From: Nitriliruptorales bacterium
Lineage (GTDB): Bacteria; Actinomycetota; Nitriliruptoria; Nitriliruptorales; JAHWKO01
Direction of reading: 5' to 3'
DNA: 60,476 nucleotides
Assembly: GCA_046263195.1 (NCBI GenBank)
Contig: JBHELG010000050.1
Coordinates: 1 to 60,476, forward strand
How positions within the stretch are numbered: position 1 is the first letter of the stretch; each line of letters opens with the position of its first letter. Made by a program: the position numbers and the translations under genes. The notes under the pieces were generated by a model. The model was not told the origin of the DNA. It saw nothing but the letters and a program-made list of their open reading frames with translations, and did no database searches. Positions 58,911-60,476 of the stretch are shown here, piece by piece.

Positions 58911-60476
58911 CGCAGCTCCGAGCTCGTCGACGGCCAGATTGCGCTCAAGTCCCGTGTGAAACAAGGCTAGCTTCGCGCCACCTCTACCGCGCGACGCTCG
59001 CTCGGGCGCCGCGTGATTGCGGGGAAAAGGAGCGGCACGGAACTGCTCCCCTCGCCCGCTCGACCCCCAGTCTCGCACCCTGCCCTAACCATCCTCTCGG
59101 GGGCCAGGGCGTTGCCGGTAGGCAGGAGGCCGATCAACGGCGGGAATGCAGGATGTTCCGCTTCTCCCTGGCGGTTGCCCTCTTCGCAGCCCCACCTGCG
59201 ACCCATGCCGTAGCCCAGCCACTCGTAGCCGCTCCGTCACACGCAAGGGGCATTCGCTGGGACGGCGGGCTTGGGACGGGCGTAAACACGTACTAAGCCT
59301 CGATCCGGAGAGCCCTGGCGGCGACTTGCTGGCGTCAGTGCCATGTGACCCTGCTGCGAGTGGAGTCGAGCCCAGCCTCCTGATAAGCGGGGCGAACATG
59401 TCGAACCGCGACGCTGACTCCCTCGCGGAGTACGAGTCCAAGTGGGCTCGTACGTCACCTTCGACGGTGGCGCTAGGTGGACCGCCCTGTCAGCTCCTGT
59501 GTTCGGCGAGCACGGGATCCCCGCGCCTGAGGGCTGGCGGGAGCCGTTATGGCGGCTGATGTGGGTCGCAATCGGCCAACGTGTGGAGGGGTTGGACGTC
59601 TCGTGCTCGACGTTGAGCACCTCAACCCCGCGACAGGTCGAACCTAGCTGTCGACGTGAATGCAGATGATGTTCGATTGGGCGAGAGCATCCTTCGCCTT
59701 GTTCTTGCACTGAGAGCCATGAGCGAAGGCGCTCGACGCCTGGATGATGGTCAGGATCGCCGCGGTCAGGACAAGGACAGTTCGTTTCTTCACGGCGGTT
59801 GCTCCCTTCATTTCGGCCAGGCTCTCCCTGTTACGCTCAGTCGCGCAAGCGTTGTGTTGTTGAGGCTAGGTTCGGCCATCACCTTGAGTTTGCCTCTATG
59901 ACGTCCTGCGGCCCGTGTCCAAATGACCCTTAAAGTGCCTTAACCCACGACACTTGTCCCAAGCCGCGGATGGCTTGTGCCTGCGGTGGTGTCGATGTAG
60001 GCGCTCTTCAGGATGACTGAGCCTTGAGATGTGGGCCGTGCTGTGCCAAGCTCAAGCCAGAGGCTCTCGTCCCGCGCTTTCCCTTCGAATTCTGTTCTCC
60101 GAGTAGGAGTAGTACAAAACTCCTGGAATCGATTCGCGCGCTCTGGGCGAGTGGATTGGAGGCCAGAGTGGCTTCGTAAGACTCTGATAGCTGAGGCTGA
60201 CGTCCAGCTTGCAACTTCTCCTTTCGGGCTTCCCCTTGAGGGGTCCAAGGCCTGGAGTGGGTTGTCCTCATTCAGACGCGCTGAGTGCCTCGCTGGTCAG
60301 CCATGAAGTTGACTAGGAACAGCCGCGTACAATCGGTCGAAGTGGGACCCGGGCGGGGCGTGTTCCTCGGAGACGGGCAACCACCGACCCTCCGCAAGAG
60401 CAACTTCAACAGCCCCCCTCGAGGAGTACCCTTGGTCGTACCGAAAGCATGGCCTAGTCTGCGCCAAGTTGTAGAC

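Overview
High-GC actinobacterial chromosomal window. The taxon is inferred from the mec-cysO-cysM...rph-rdgB block, a class F sortase, an F420-type LLM gene and RskA; a retained prfB frameshift hints at a lineage other than Mycobacterium/Streptomyces. Bases 1 to ~6108 look like the distal end of an element integrated at a tRNA-Leu: a tRNA 3' fragment sits at ~6062-6108 with arm-like repeats. This segment carries katE, a VapBC pair and an IS3-family element whose transposase is cut exactly after its second catalytic Asp codon (VTD|) by an IS110-family element. The IS110 transposase start (1-118, minus) is missing from the ORF track. Its ~300-nt non-coding left end folds by eye into two adjacent bridge-RNA-like domains, with loop strands matching the insertion junction. 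The putative target guides read (C/T)TG-ACC-GAC-AAC-GG, the codons of the LTDNG catalytic motif of IS3/IS481 transposases. This is the best candidate for a new system here. The rest is accessory stress/regulatory genes (ECF42-DGPF, rskA with an apparently deleted sigK and intact SigK-type promoters, MscS, YihY, NhaA and GDT1 with candidate riboswitch leaders), core genes (rdgB, rph, cysM/cysO/mec, group 2 sigma70, ssrA, smpB, ftsEX, prfB) and metabolic genes. All calls are by-eye motif recognition; no searches or folding programs were run.
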